From Roseibacillus sp. (GTDB taxonomy: Bacteria; Verrucomicrobiota; Verrucomicrobiia; Verrucomicrobiales; Akkermansiaceae), in contig CBDEUM010000038.1 of assembly GCA_965242925.1 (NCBI GenBank), positions 64,001 through 128,000 on the forward strand: DNA of 64,000 bases, written 5' to 3'. The first letter of the stretch is position 1. Every line of letters starts with the position of its first letter. The position numbers and the translations under genes are program-made. Under the pieces are notes generated by a model. The model was given only the letters and a program-made list of their open reading frames with translations, made no database searches and was not told the DNA's origin. Below, piece after piece: positions 1 to 10,340 of this stretch.

Positions 1-681
1 GGCAACGTGAAGCAGACTTCCCAGGGTGTTCAGTTCCAGCTGTTTGCCAAGGGCAAGTCCTATCTCGTCCGCCTGCCGCTCATCGGTCGGTTCAATGTGT
101 GCAATGCGCTGGCCGCGCTTGGGGCCGCGGCGGCCCTGCGGGTGCCCTTGCGCGAGGCGGTGGCGGCTCTTGCGGGTGTGCCTCAGGTGCCGGGACGGAT
201 GGAGTGTGTTGGATCAGTGGATGGAGCTGCGGTCTTTGTGGATTACGCGCACACGCCTGACGCTCTCGATAGTGTATGTCGCACCTTGCGCGAACTCGAC
301 CCCCGCCGTCTCATTACCGTTTTCGGTTGCGGTGGCGATCGCGATCGCAACAAGCGCCCTCTCATGGGCAGGGCGGCCTCGCAGCACAGCGACTATTGCG
401 TGGTGACTTCCGACAACCCGCGCTCGGAAGATCCGGAGAGCATCATTGCAGACATCGAGCTCGGTATGTCGGGATCAGTTTATGAGCGGGTTGTGAACAG
501 GGAAGAGGCTATTCAGACGGCGGTGCAGGAGGCCCGGGGTGGGGATGTGGTGCTTATTGCTGGCAAAGGGCACGAGGATTACCAGGAATTCGCGGACGGG
601 CGGATTCCGTTCGATGATCGCAAACAGACACGTGCGGCCATGGATGCGCGCCGCAAGGCCCGGGGAGAGGAACGCTCATGA
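1..681 (+). CDS. murE: UDP-MurNAc-tripeptide synthetase MurE, 3' part (runs off window start)
   Basis: VPGRME, VDYAHTPDAL, FGCGGDRDRNKR, TSDNPRSE (DNPR = meso-DAP type) and AGKGHE motifs; stop overlaps murF start (ATGA). Confidence 0.95.
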   Translation, partial: GNVKQTSQGVQFQLFAKGKSYLVRLPLIGRFNVCNALAALGAAAALRVPLREAVAALAGVPQVPGRMECVGSVDGAAVFVDYAHTPDALDSVCRTLRELDPRRLITVFGCGGDRDRNKRPLMGRAASQHSDYCVVTSDNPRSEDPESIIADIELGMSGSVYERVVNREEAIQTAVQEARGGDVVLIAGKGHEDYQEFADGRIPFDDRKQTRAAMDARRKARGEERS

Positions 682-2066
682 ATACCTACCCGATCCAGAA
701 ACTGAGCGATGCGATGGGGGGGGAGCTCATCTTGGGAGAAGGAAACGGACTGGTGGAATCCGGGGTGTCCACCGACACGCGTAGTCTGGTGCCGGGTGCT
801 CTTTTCTTTGCCCTCTCCGGCGAGAACTTCGATGGGCACGATTTCCTGGACCAGGCAGTGGCTGCCGGGGCCGCCGGACTGGTGGTCCGGGATCTCCCCG
901 ATGGTCTGGATCCCGGGAGGAGTGCGGTGATTCAGGTGAACGACACCCTCCTGGCGTTGCAGAAGTTGGCCCATTGGTACCGGGGAAAACTTGATGTGGT
1001 GGTGATCGGCATCACCGGATCGAATGGCAAGACCAGCACAAAGGATTTCACGTTATCCGTGATCGGACAGCGCTACCAGGTCCATGCCACGAAGGGGAAT
1101 CTCAACAATCACATCGGGTTGCCATTGACCGTATTGGAGACGGACGATGACGATGACGTGCTCGTGGTGGAGATGGGAATGAACCATTCCGGCGAAATCG
1201 CACCGTTGTGTGAGATCGCGCAGCCGCATATCGGGATTATTACCAACATCGGGTATGCGCACATCGAGTTCATGGGGAGTCGGGAGGCCATTGCGGAGGA
1301 GAAGGGAGCCCTTGCGCGTTCACTTCCGGAGGTCGGAACTCTTCTGGTAACCGCTGGCTGCGAGTTTGCAAACTACTTCGGGGCTCGGAGTCATGCACGT
1401 TCGGTTTCGGTGGGTAATGGGCGTGGTGTGATTCGAGCCGAAGGACTGCAACTTACGGAAGCTGGTTCCGAGTTCGAGCTTGTCATCGACGGGGAGGAGA
1501 GTTCCCACGTGCAGCTCGCGGTGGCCGGCAAGCACATGGTGAACAATGCTCTCCTGGCGGCGGGAGCAGGCTGGGTGCTCGGATTGGCACCGGAGGAGCT
1601 GGCCTGTGGGTTGGAGGCCGCCCAGTTGTCCAGCGGGCGCTTGCGGTGTTTCGATCATGGCGGAATCACCGTGTATGACGACACCTACAATGCCAACCCG
1701 GACTCGATGCGGGCTGCTATCGGTGTGGTGGCCGGGCTGGCCACCAGCAATGGCAGTGCCCGGACAGTTGTATTGGGAACGATGGGAGAGCTGGGCTGCT
1801 TCTCTGAAGAGATGCACCACCAGGTGGGCGCGTATGCAGCTCAGCGGAGCCTGCGGGTGGTTAGCGTGGGAGCCGAAGCGGCAGGAATAGCGGAGGGGGC
1901 CCGGGAGGGGGGAGCGCCTGAGGTGGAGCACTTTGACCAGTATGAGGACGCTGCCAGGTGGCTACGGGAGACGCTGCAGGTGGGTGACGTGATCCTCTTC
2001 AAGGGTAGCCGTGCGGCAGCCGTGGAACGGGTCATGAACCAGGTCTTCCCCGAAAACGAAAACTGA
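678..2066 (+). CDS. murF: UDP-MurNAc-tripeptide--D-Ala-D-Ala ligase MurF
   Basis: GITGSNGKTSTK P-loop, NLNNHIGLPLT, EMGMNHSGEI, DDTYNANPDSM, KGSR. Confidence 0.96.
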   Translation: MNTYPIQKLSDAMGGELILGEGNGLVESGVSTDTRSLVPGALFFALSGENFDGHDFLDQAVAAGAAGLVVRDLPDGLDPGRSAVIQVNDTLLALQKLAHWYRGKLDVVVIGITGSNGKTSTKDFTLSVIGQRYQVHATKGNLNNHIGLPLTVLETDDDDDVLVVEMGMNHSGEIAPLCEIAQPHIGIITNIGYAHIEFMGSREAIAEEKGALARSLPEVGTLLVTAGCEFANYFGARSHARSVSVGNGRGVIRAEGLQLTEAGSEFELVIDGEESSHVQLAVAGKHMVNNALLAAGAGWVLGLAPEELACGLEAAQLSSGRLRCFDHGGITVYDDTYNANPDSMRAAIGVVAGLATSNGSARTVVLGTMGELGCFSEEMHHQVGAYAAQRSLRVVSVGAEAAGIAEGAREGGAPEVEHFDQYEDAARWLRETLQVGDVILFKGSRAAAVERVMNQVFPENEN

Positions 2067-3313
2067 TGTTTTACTGGCTTTACGAACAATGGGAACAAGC
2101 CCGTGCTTCCGGGGCGGGTTGGGCTGATCCATTCAGCTTCCTCAATATCCTCCAATATATAACGGTTCGGGCGGGGCTCGCTGCCATCCTGTCCTTTCTC
2201 GTCATTCTCGCCTTTGGGCCGAGGGTAATCCGCAAACTCATCTCTCTCAAGGTGGGTCAACCCATCCGCAGTGCGGAGGAAGTGCACAGGCTGGCGGAAT
2301 TGCATGGCGACAAGGCGGGCACTCCCACCATGGGAGGGGTGCTCATCCTTGGAGCGGTCCTCGTGGCAGTGCTTCTGTGTGGCCGTCCGCTCAATCCCTT
2401 CGTTGCGGTCACCTGCTGCGTGATGCTTGCTCTTGGATTGCTGGGATTCATGGATGACTACAACAAGGTAGTCCGTAAGAACTCAGAGGGCATCAGTGCG
2501 CGGCAGAAGCTTTTCTGGCAATTTATGATTGGAGGGGTGGCGGCCTGTTTCCTCTTCTTCAAGCCCGAGGTCTCCGGATTCGGACTTAGTGACAGCAAGG
2601 TGATGGAGGAGAGACAGGGTTACTTTATTGAAGTTTTGGATGAGGTGGACACGGATGCGGGGACCGAAGTCTCCGAATCGAAAGTGCAGCCCTTCAAGGT
2701 CAGCGAGATCAGTTTCCCGTTAATGCGAAAGCCTTTTCTCAATCTCTCCTGGCTTGCCATTCCTTTCTTCATGATCATCATCGCGGGTTGTTCCAATGCG
2801 GTGAATCTTACCGATGGGCTCGACGGACTGGCTACCGGTTGTACCATCACGGTTTCTCTGGCATACGCCGTAATAGCTTATCTGGCAGGACGCCTGATAG
2901 GTCTGGAGTATCTGCACATCCCGTTCCATCCCTTGCTGGGAGAACTCACGATCGTTCTTATGGCACTGGTAGGGTCCGGGATGGGGTTCCTCTGGTGGAA
3001 TTGCCACCCCGCCAAGGTCTTCATGGGGGATACGGGTTCACTTGCCATCGGTGGTGCGTTGGCTACCGCCGCGATCTGTGTCAGGCAGGAACTTCTCCTT
3101 GTCATCATCGGTGGAGTGTTCGTGGCAGAAGCTCTCTCCGTCATCCTTCAGGTAGGCAGCTTCAAGTTGCGGGGAAAACGCATCTTCGCGATGGCTCCCG
3201 TTCACCATCATTTTGAATTACGGGGCTGGCATGAAAGTCAGGTCATTATCCGATTCTGGATTGTTTCCATTGTGCTCGCCATGGCGGGTCTGGGGCTTCT
3301 CAAGATACTTTGA
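2066..3313 (+). CDS. mraY: Phospho-MurNAc-pentapeptide transferase MraY
   Basis: KAGTPTMGG, GFMDDY, NAVNLTDGLDGLA, VFMGDTGSL, MAPVHHHFEL; multiple TM helices. Confidence 0.97.
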   Translation: MFYWLYEQWEQARASGAGWADPFSFLNILQYITVRAGLAAILSFLVILAFGPRVIRKLISLKVGQPIRSAEEVHRLAELHGDKAGTPTMGGVLILGAVLVAVLLCGRPLNPFVAVTCCVMLALGLLGFMDDYNKVVRKNSEGISARQKLFWQFMIGGVAACFLFFKPEVSGFGLSDSKVMEERQGYFIEVLDEVDTDAGTEVSESKVQPFKVSEISFPLMRKPFLNLSWLAIPFFMIIIAGCSNAVNLTDGLDGLATGCTITVSLAYAVIAYLAGRLIGLEYLHIPFHPLLGELTIVLMALVGSGMGFLWWNCHPAKVFMGDTGSLAIGGALATAAICVRQELLLVIIGGVFVAEALSVILQVGSFKLRGKRIFAMAPVHHHFELRGWHESQVIIRFWIVSIVLAMAGLGLLKIL

Positions 3314-3317
3314 CGAA

Positions 3318-4625
3318 ATGAATCTCGCTGGTCAGAAAGTTGCGATCCTGGGGGTGGGCCGGAGTGGTCGGGCTGCCGCACAGCTGGCGTTGCGGGAGGG
3401 CGGGATGGTCACTCTCTACGATTCGTCCTCTTCCGAGGCCTTCGCGGGCGTGGCGGAAGAGATTGCCCGTCATCCCGGGGCGACCACGGAGACAGGTCGG
3501 GCCTGCGAGGCTGATCTGGTAGTGATCAGTCCTGGGATCGAGACAGGAGGGGAATTTGCACAATCCTTTGCCCGGGGCGCCGGAGAATTCATAGGGGAGA
3601 CTGAATTGGCCGCGCGTTTCTATGAAGGGCGCGTGGTGGGCATCACGGGCACCAACGGGAAGACCACCACCACCGAATTGGTGCAGCACTTGGTAAGGGC
3701 CGAAGGGATGAGCTGTGAAGCATGTGGCAATTACGGCCGCCCGTTTGCCGACGTTGTTCTCGGGAGCGACCACCCGGAGGCGGTCTCCCTGGAACTGTCC
3801 TCCTTCCAACTCGAGACCATTGAGACCTTTCGTCCCGATGTGGCGGTCTGGCTCAATTTTTCTCCCGATCACATGGATCGCTATCGGAGCGTTGAAGAAT
3901 ATCATGCGGCCAAGCGGCGCATCTTCGAGAACCAGCGATCCGGGGATACTGCAGTGGTGCGTCTGGGGGAAGAAGTGGGAGACCTTGTCGCGCGACGCGT
4001 CAGTTTCTCCGGTACGGAGACTGGTGGCGATTATGAATTGCAGGGGACTTCCATCGTTTCGGACAGAAGCACGGTCCTGAACCTTTACCCAACCCGTCTG
4101 CGGGGCATTCACAATGCCGAGAATGTGATGGCTGCGGTGGCGGCTGTACAGGCCCTGGGGGTTTCACGTGAAGCAGCGTCGGAAGCGCTGGCCGGGTATG
4201 CCCCTCCGTTGCACCGTTGCGAACTGATCCGAACCCTCGATGGGGTGGAGTATATCAATGACTCCAAAGCGACCAATCTGCATGCTCTGGAAGCCGCCCT
4301 CCTCTCCCAGGATCGCCCCACTATTCTCATTGCTGGCGGAAAAGAGAAAGGACTGGACTACGAGCCGCTCCTGCCCCACCTGGAAAAGTCAGTGGAGACG
4401 GCTGTAGTGTTTGGCGAGATCCGGGATCGATTGGCTGCCATCTTTTCGCAGGCGGTGACCACCCGGGTTGCGGAGAGCCTGGAGGAAGCAGTGGGCATCG
4501 CACGGCATGCGGCCCCCCACGGAAGCACGATTCTCTTTTCTCCCGGCACTTCCTCCTTTGACATGTTTTCCGGCTATGAGGAACGCGGTGACTCGTTCCG
4601 GGCTACTGTGCAGGCCCTCAAGTGA
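3318..4625 (+). CDS. murD: UDP-MurNAc-L-Ala--D-Glu ligase MurD
   Basis: GITGTNGKTTT, ELSSFQLE, DHMDRY, NDSKATN, SFDMF; ATG at 3318 just after the mraY stop preferred over the track start at 3213. Confidence 0.95.
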   Translation: MNLAGQKVAILGVGRSGRAAAQLALREGGMVTLYDSSSSEAFAGVAEEIARHPGATTETGRACEADLVVISPGIETGGEFAQSFARGAGEFIGETELAARFYEGRVVGITGTNGKTTTTELVQHLVRAEGMSCEACGNYGRPFADVVLGSDHPEAVSLELSSFQLETIETFRPDVAVWLNFSPDHMDRYRSVEEYHAAKRRIFENQRSGDTAVVRLGEEVGDLVARRVSFSGTETGGDYELQGTSIVSDRSTVLNLYPTRLRGIHNAENVMAAVAAVQALGVSREAASEALAGYAPPLHRCELIRTLDGVEYINDSKATNLHALEAALLSQDRPTILIAGGKEKGLDYEPLLPHLEKSVETAVVFGEIRDRLAAIFSQAVTTRVAESLEEAVGIARHAAPHGSTILFSPGTSSFDMFSGYEERGDSFRATVQALK

Positions 4626-4658
4626 GGTCCGTCATTCAACCGATAACAAACACCCCAG

Positions 4659-5450
4659 ATGAAAAGACAATCGTTTCAGAAAAAAAGACTTCCGGCGGGC
4701 GGAAGAAGCCTGTTTGTGTTCCATTCCAAGATTCGCCGACGGAAAAAGCAACGGGTCGCTGCCAGTGCCGACCTGGCCTCTGAAGTTCCCAATCTCGGCG
4801 TGGCAAGAGCCCTTCTGGTGATCCTCGTCCTTCATGTGGCCGCAATTGCCGCCATCTTCATTCACAACCGGGTGACCGACGATGACGTCGTAGCCACGGA
4901 CAGTGGATCGAAAAATGCGACGGCGGCTTTCGGAACACAGAACAAGGAACCGGCGACCGCCGCCAAGGGCGGCGAGGCCTTCTACTTTGTCTCGACGGGC
5001 GATACCTATGATCGCATCGCCCGCTTGAAGAGTGTTGATGTGCAGGAGTTGCGCGATCTCAACAATGGCAAGGGACTGGATCCCGGTGCCATCCTGCGCA
5101 TTCCCATCAACAGGATTGTGCCCACGGTGGAGGCTGCATCCGGTAATCCGGATCCCGTTCCCGATGCTTCTGAACCATCAGTTGCGCCGGTCAACCAGGT
5201 GGCCGCGGTGGTGAAGCCGAGTGTGACCCAGTCAGCGGGGGGAGGGGCCGCCTCCTCCCAGCTGCAGGCCGGAGACCTCACCCGTGAGCAGGGTTCCTCA
5301 ACCAGAATCTATGCTGTACAGAGCGGCGATACCGCTTGGAGGATTGCACAGCAGCATGAGGTCTCGGTTCAGGCGCTTCTGGAAGCCAATGAAATCAAGG
5401 ATGCGCGCAGACTGCAGGTGAACATGAAACTCCGCATTCCGACCCGCTGA
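4659..5450 (+). CDS. Membrane-anchored protein with two LysM peptidoglycan-binding domains
   Basis: One TM helix; YFVSTGDTYDRIA...LRDLN and YAVQSGDTAWRIA...LLEAN LysM repeats; low-complexity linker. Confidence 0.85.
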   Translation: MKRQSFQKKRLPAGGRSLFVFHSKIRRRKKQRVAASADLASEVPNLGVARALLVILVLHVAAIAAIFIHNRVTDDDVVATDSGSKNATAAFGTQNKEPATAAKGGEAFYFVSTGDTYDRIARLKSVDVQELRDLNNGKGLDPGAILRIPINRIVPTVEAASGNPDPVPDASEPSVAPVNQVAAVVKPSVTQSAGGGAASSQLQAGDLTREQGSSTRIYAVQSGDTAWRIAQQHEVSVQALLEANEIKDARRLQVNMKLRIPTR

Positions 5451-5477
5451 GGGAAGAAATGACGCCAACCTGTCGCC

Positions 5478-6629
5478 ATGGGTCGCCGCGCTGCCATCAT
5501 CCTCTGTATCTCCGTTGCCGTTCTGGTAGCGCTGGGGCTCATCATGCTCGCGAGCACCAGTGCCTGGGTATACGGGGTGGACGATGATCCCTATCTGCTC
5601 GTCAAGCGGCAGGGGATCTTTGCCGGGGTAGGGCTCATTGCGGCCCTGGTGGCTGGATGTATTGATTACCGGATTCTGCGAAGGATGTGGATGCCACTCC
5701 TGATCGCAGGGTGCGTGCTCCTGACGCTCTGTTATGTGCCGGGGGTGCAGGTTGAGGTGAAGGGTGAAGCGCGCTGGATCTGGGCGCCCGTGATCGGACG
5801 CTTCCAGCCATCCGAGGTGGCCAAGCTGGTAGTGATCATCGCTCTGGCGGCGTGGTTTGCGCAGCACCAGGCGGAAGCCAGGTCGTTCCTGCGGGGCTTT
5901 GTGCTGCCCGGTCTGTTGCTGGGAATCCCGGTAGCGCTCATCTTCTTTGAGAAAGACATGGGGACCGCGGTGGCCCTGGGCGGAGCGGGTTTCCTCGTGA
6001 TGTTTACGGCGGGGACCCGGGTGTCACTATTGAGCCTGGTTGCGGTGGTTGGGATTCTGGGGCTCTACAAGGCAGTGGAGAGTGATCCCTATCGACGTAT
6101 GAAATTTGAAGCGCTACTGAATCTTGATGATCCGGAAGTTCAGCGCAAGGCGGGCTACCAGCAGTACCGGGCCAAGCTCGCTCTGGCATCGGGCGGACTT
6201 CTGGGGGCGGGTCTGGGTAATGGTGCCGAGAAGCACGGCTACCTGCCGGAGGCTCATACCGACTTCATCTTCCCGGTGGCGGGTGAGGAACTAGGGCTCC
6301 TCTGCACCCTGGGAATCGTTTTCTGCTTTGTTCTGATCAGTACATCAGGAATCTCGATTGCGCTGCATTCATCCGATCGGTTCGGCAAGCTGCTGGGGCT
6401 TGGGCTCACGGCGGCAATTACCCTGCCGGCCCTGATGAACATCGGAGTTGTCACCAGTGTTCTGCCCAATACCGGGCTCCCACTGCCTTTTGTCAGCTAC
6501 GGGGGCACCAATCTGGTCTTTACACTTGCGGCGGTGGGCTTGCTTGTCAGTCTGCACCGTCGCGCGTTCTACGCCGAATGTGCCGAGATGCCCGTCATCA
6601 AGGAGAGGCAGCTCGCACTAAAGATCTAG
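5478..6629 (+). CDS. ftsW: SEDS peptidoglycan glycosyltransferase FtsW
   Basis: RWI, FQPSEVAK, LPEAHTDFIF, GEELG, LPFVSYGG; position before murG. Confidence 0.93.
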   Translation: MGRRAAIILCISVAVLVALGLIMLASTSAWVYGVDDDPYLLVKRQGIFAGVGLIAALVAGCIDYRILRRMWMPLLIAGCVLLTLCYVPGVQVEVKGEARWIWAPVIGRFQPSEVAKLVVIIALAAWFAQHQAEARSFLRGFVLPGLLLGIPVALIFFEKDMGTAVALGGAGFLVMFTAGTRVSLLSLVAVVGILGLYKAVESDPYRRMKFEALLNLDDPEVQRKAGYQQYRAKLALASGGLLGAGLGNGAEKHGYLPEAHTDFIFPVAGEELGLLCTLGIVFCFVLISTSGISIALHSSDRFGKLLGLGLTAAITLPALMNIGVVTSVLPNTGLPLPFVSYGGTNLVFTLAAVGLLVSLHRRAFYAECAEMPVIKERQLALKI

Positions 6630-6689
6630 CGAGGCAAAGTCCCTGATCCGGCTCTCCAGTTAAGTCCAAGGTCTAAAGTTTCAATTTCC

Positions 6690-7775
6690 GTGCCCCAGAA
6701 ACTTTCCGTCGTCATTGCCTGTGGAGGGACCGGCGGACATCTCTTTCCCGGGATTGCGGTAGCGGAGGAACTGAAGCGTCGTGGGCACCGTCCGCTTCTC
6801 CTCATCTCACGAAAGAGGGTGGATGCCGACGCCTCCGCCAAGTATGGCACGCTGGACTTCAGAACCGTTGAGGCCATCGCGAAACCGCCGACTCTCTCTC
6901 CGAAGATGCTGCCCTTTCTCTGGCGTCTCTGGAGAACGATTCGCCAGTCCAAGGGGCTCCTCAGGGAGCAACGCGTCGAGGTGGTCCTCGGGATGGGAGG
7001 ATTTACATCACTACCGCCCGTCTATGCCGGAAAGAAGATGGGGTTGGTCACCGCCCTGCACGATTCCAATGCCCTCCCTGGGAAATCGAACCGGATGGGG
7101 GCGAGGTGGTGCAGTAAGATTCTGGTGGGACTGGAGGCGGCACGGGCCTACTTTCCGGAAGGCGAAGTGGAGGTCACCGGAACCCCTGTGCGCCGCGAGT
7201 TTGAGAACCTGCCCTCCAGAGCTGAAGCGCGGGAAGGTCTTGGGCTGTCCGTCGATCGACCGGTGGTGTTCGCCTTCGGGGGCAGCCAGGGTGCGCGGGG
7301 TCTGAACACTCTGGTGGCCGAGGCGGCGGAGATCCTTGGAGACGGAGTGCAGTGGTTACAGGTGGCGGGTCGGGACGACGAGCAGCGGGTGAAGGAACTG
7401 GTAGCGGGGAGGAGTGGCCATGTGGTCCGCGGTTTCTGCGATGACATGCCGGCGGCCTACGCCGCCAGTGACCTTGTGGTCAGCCGGGCGGGAGGTGCCA
7501 GCCTCACAGAGCTGGCTTACCTCGGACGGCCTTCGATTCTGGTGCCCTATCCTCATGCCGCTGACGATCATCAAACCTGCAATGCGCGGTGTTTCGAGCA
7601 GGCGGGGGCGGCTCTCCTGGCGCCGGAGTGCGAATTGGAGGGGGCGAAACTGGCGCAATTGATCGGGGGATTGCTGAAGTCTCCGGAAAATCTTGGTGCT
7701 ATGGAGCTGGCCGCGCGGGAGCTGTCCGTTGATGATGCGGCGGGACGGATCTGTGATATCCTTCTGCCCGGGTAA
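6690..7775 (+). CDS. murG: Lipid II GlcNAc transferase MurG
   Basis: GGTGGHLFPG, GGSQGA, SRAGGASLTE, DDHQTCNA. Confidence 0.96.
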   Translation: MPQKLSVVIACGGTGGHLFPGIAVAEELKRRGHRPLLLISRKRVDADASAKYGTLDFRTVEAIAKPPTLSPKMLPFLWRLWRTIRQSKGLLREQRVEVVLGMGGFTSLPPVYAGKKMGLVTALHDSNALPGKSNRMGARWCSKILVGLEAARAYFPEGEVEVTGTPVRREFENLPSRAEAREGLGLSVDRPVVFAFGGSQGARGLNTLVAEAAEILGDGVQWLQVAGRDDEQRVKELVAGRSGHVVRGFCDDMPAAYAASDLVVSRAGGASLTELAYLGRPSILVPYPHAADDHQTCNARCFEQAGAALLAPECELEGAKLAQLIGGLLKSPENLGAMELAARELSVDDAAGRICDILLPG

Positions 7776-7848
7776 GTGCTCGAAAGCGTTCAGATCTATT
7801 GGGGCTTTCCGCTCAACCAATTCCCGATCACCATCCCAGTCGCCCATC

Positions 7849-10149
7849 ATGATTGATGAGATCAGTCAGCGTCTTCTCGATCGAACCTGTCCGATGCGGA
7901 TTCATCTGCTGGGGGTGGCGGGGTCGGGTATGAGCGGCCTGGCGGCCCTCCTCCTTGAAATGGGGCACAGGGTGAGCGGATCGGACCGGGTCACCAGCCG
8001 CGAGACCGAGCGCCTGCAGTTGCTGGGCCTGTCGTTTTCCTCCCCCCACTCTGCGGAGGCGGTTTCCGATGTGGAGGTGGTTGTTTATTCCTCGGCGATC
8101 AAGCCCGATAACGTGGCTCTGGTGGCGGCGGACCGGGCAGGGATCCCGTCTGTCCGTCGGGCCGAGTGCCTGGCGGCCATCCTGCAGACCCGGAAGGGCG
8201 TGGTGGTTTCCGGTACGCACGGAAAGACCACCAGCTCGGCCATGTGCGCGCACGTGCTGAAGAAAAGCGGAAGGGCCATATCGCACTACGTGGGGGCGGA
8301 AATTCCAGTTTTGGGGGCAAATGCCCACTGGGACGAGGAGAGCGATTACCTCGTGGCGGAAGGAGATGAGAGCGACGGCACCCTGGCCCTGTACCGACCT
8401 TCACATGCCATCGTGCTCAACATCGAGGCAGAGCATCTGGACTTTTACAACAATCTCGAGGAAATTGTGGAAGTCTTCCGGACCCTGCTGGAGCAGACCT
8501 CGGAGAAGATCATTTACTGTGCGGAGAACGTTACGGCACGAGAACTTTGCAGCGGGCGTGAAGGAGCTCTTTCATATGGATGGGATGATGCTGACTTTAC
8601 GGCCTCCGATGTGACCGAGGGGCGCGGGGTGATCTCCTTCACGGTGTGGCGGCGGAGCGAGAAACTGGGGCGGGTGGAACTCGGCATTCCGGGACGGCAC
8701 AATGTTCTCAATGCGCTGGCGGCCATTGCGCTGGCTGACGACCTGGGGGTGGATTTCAGCCTGGTGGCGCGTTCCCTGGCCTCCTTTGCGGGAGCAAAGC
8801 GCCGCTTTGAGTCTGTCTACCTCTCCTCGCGCTTTCGCATTATTGACGACTATGGGCATCACCCGACCGAGATCGAAGCGACCCTGCAGACGGCGCATTC
8901 ACTGGAGCCGGAACGAATTGTTGTGCTCTTCCAACCGCACCGGTATTCCCGGACGCAGCAACTGGCGGAGGAGTTTGGAGTGGTGTTGCAGGACGCGGAT
9001 ATTGTTTTTGTGACGGACGTCTATCCGGCCAGCGAGGCACCCATTGAGGGTGTGAGCGGCAGGACGATCGTGGAGGCGGTGGAGCGCCATGGGAACACCA
9101 AGTGTGTATACCACCAAGACCTTACGACTGCCCATCACGTGGTCGGCAATTCGCTGCAACCGGGAGACCTTCTCATCACTCTGGGGGCAGGAAATGTGCA
9201 TGAAGCGGGAAGGAAGATTGCGGATGACCTGGTCCTGTTGGAGGCGTTACGGAGTGAGTTTGACGAGGGAAAGCTGGAGGCCCGACTCTACGAGGCGATG
9301 CGGCGGCACACCACCATGCTGGTAGGAGGACCAGCCCAGTTCTGGGTGGAACCACGGACTTTTCCGGCTTTCGGGCGGGCAGTCGCTTTTTTTAAAGAAC
9401 GGGGTGTTCCGGTGCGCGTGGTGGGACGGGGTTCAAACCTTCTGATCCGTGACGGGGGCATTCGCGGGGCCGTTATTCATCCGGCCAAGGGCGAGTTTGG
9501 CGAAGTAACGGTGGAGGCTGAACTGCTTACCGCCGGGGCGGGAGCGCGCTTAAAGAAGGTGGCCAGTGTGGCGGAGGCTGCGGGACTGGGAGGTTTTGCC
9601 TGGATGGAGGGTATCCCCGGCAATGTGGGTGGAGGTTTGCGTATGAACGCTGGGGCAATGGGGTTGGAGACATTTGACCAGGTGGTGAGCGTGATGTTCC
9701 TCGACGAGGACGGCGAGATCCGTACCCGTTCGCGTGGTGAGATTGAGGCCTTCTACCGCAATGTCCCCAAACTCCATCGCAACTATGCCTTGCAGGTGAT
9801 CTTTCGCGGGATACCGGCCGGGATGGAGGAAATCCGCGAGGAGATGTCAGAATCCAGAAATCATCGCCGCAGCACCCAGCCGGTGGCAGCCAGTGCGGGT
9901 TGCATCTTCAAGAATCCCGATAGGATCGGGGCCGGACAACTCATTGACGAACTGGGATTGAAGGGCAAGAGGGTCGGACAAGCCGAGGTTTCGGCCGAGC
10001 ATGGAAACTTCATTGTAAACCGGGGGAAGGCCGAAGCCAGCGATGTGCTCCGGCTTATTGGTGAACTGAAGGCGGAAGTGAAGGAGAAGCGGGGGATCGA
10101 CCTGGAAACGGAAGTTCAGATCCTGGGGGAGGACCAGGTGAGCTTTTGA
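7849..10149 (+). CDS. murC-murB: MurC-MurB fusion (UDP-MurNAc--L-Ala ligase plus UDP-GlcNAc-enolpyruvate reductase)
   Basis: N-terminal GVAGSGMSGLA, GTHGKTTS, DDYGHHPTEI, FQPHRYSRT; C-terminal GRGSNLL, GIPGNVGG..MNAGA, SAGCIFKNP, HGNFIVN; ATG at 7849 preferred. Confidence 0.94.
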   Translation: MIDEISQRLLDRTCPMRIHLLGVAGSGMSGLAALLLEMGHRVSGSDRVTSRETERLQLLGLSFSSPHSAEAVSDVEVVVYSSAIKPDNVALVAADRAGIPSVRRAECLAAILQTRKGVVVSGTHGKTTSSAMCAHVLKKSGRAISHYVGAEIPVLGANAHWDEESDYLVAEGDESDGTLALYRPSHAIVLNIEAEHLDFYNNLEEIVEVFRTLLEQTSEKIIYCAENVTARELCSGREGALSYGWDDADFTASDVTEGRGVISFTVWRRSEKLGRVELGIPGRHNVLNALAAIALADDLGVDFSLVARSLASFAGAKRRFESVYLSSRFRIIDDYGHHPTEIEATLQTAHSLEPERIVVLFQPHRYSRTQQLAEEFGVVLQDADIVFVTDVYPASEAPIEGVSGRTIVEAVERHGNTKCVYHQDLTTAHHVVGNSLQPGDLLITLGAGNVHEAGRKIADDLVLLEALRSEFDEGKLEARLYEAMRRHTTMLVGGPAQFWVEPRTFPAFGRAVAFFKERGVPVRVVGRGSNLLIRDGGIRGAVIHPAKGEFGEVTVEAELLTAGAGARLKKVASVAEAAGLGGFAWMEGIPGNVGGGLRMNAGAMGLETFDQVVSVMFLDEDGEIRTRSRGEIEAFYRNVPKLHRNYALQVIFRGIPAGMEEIREEMSESRNHRRSTQPVAASAGCIFKNPDRIGAGQLIDELGLKGKRVGQAEVSAEHGNFIVNRGKAEASDVLRLIGELKAEVKEKRGIDLETEVQILGEDQVSF

Positions 10150-10340
10150 AGGCTCCCCGGAGGTCGCATGGTTGGGCATTGACCTGCCCGGCCGGTGGTT
10201 TCCAGGGTTTAATTGACCGATATTATTGCTATCGACCTGCGTCCACCTCTGAGGATACAGGGCGATCGAGTGCCGCTTCATCGTGGGAATCCCAAAGCAC
10301 TGGACCGTGTGGGTCGGGTCTTTTATGATGTTGCCGTGCC

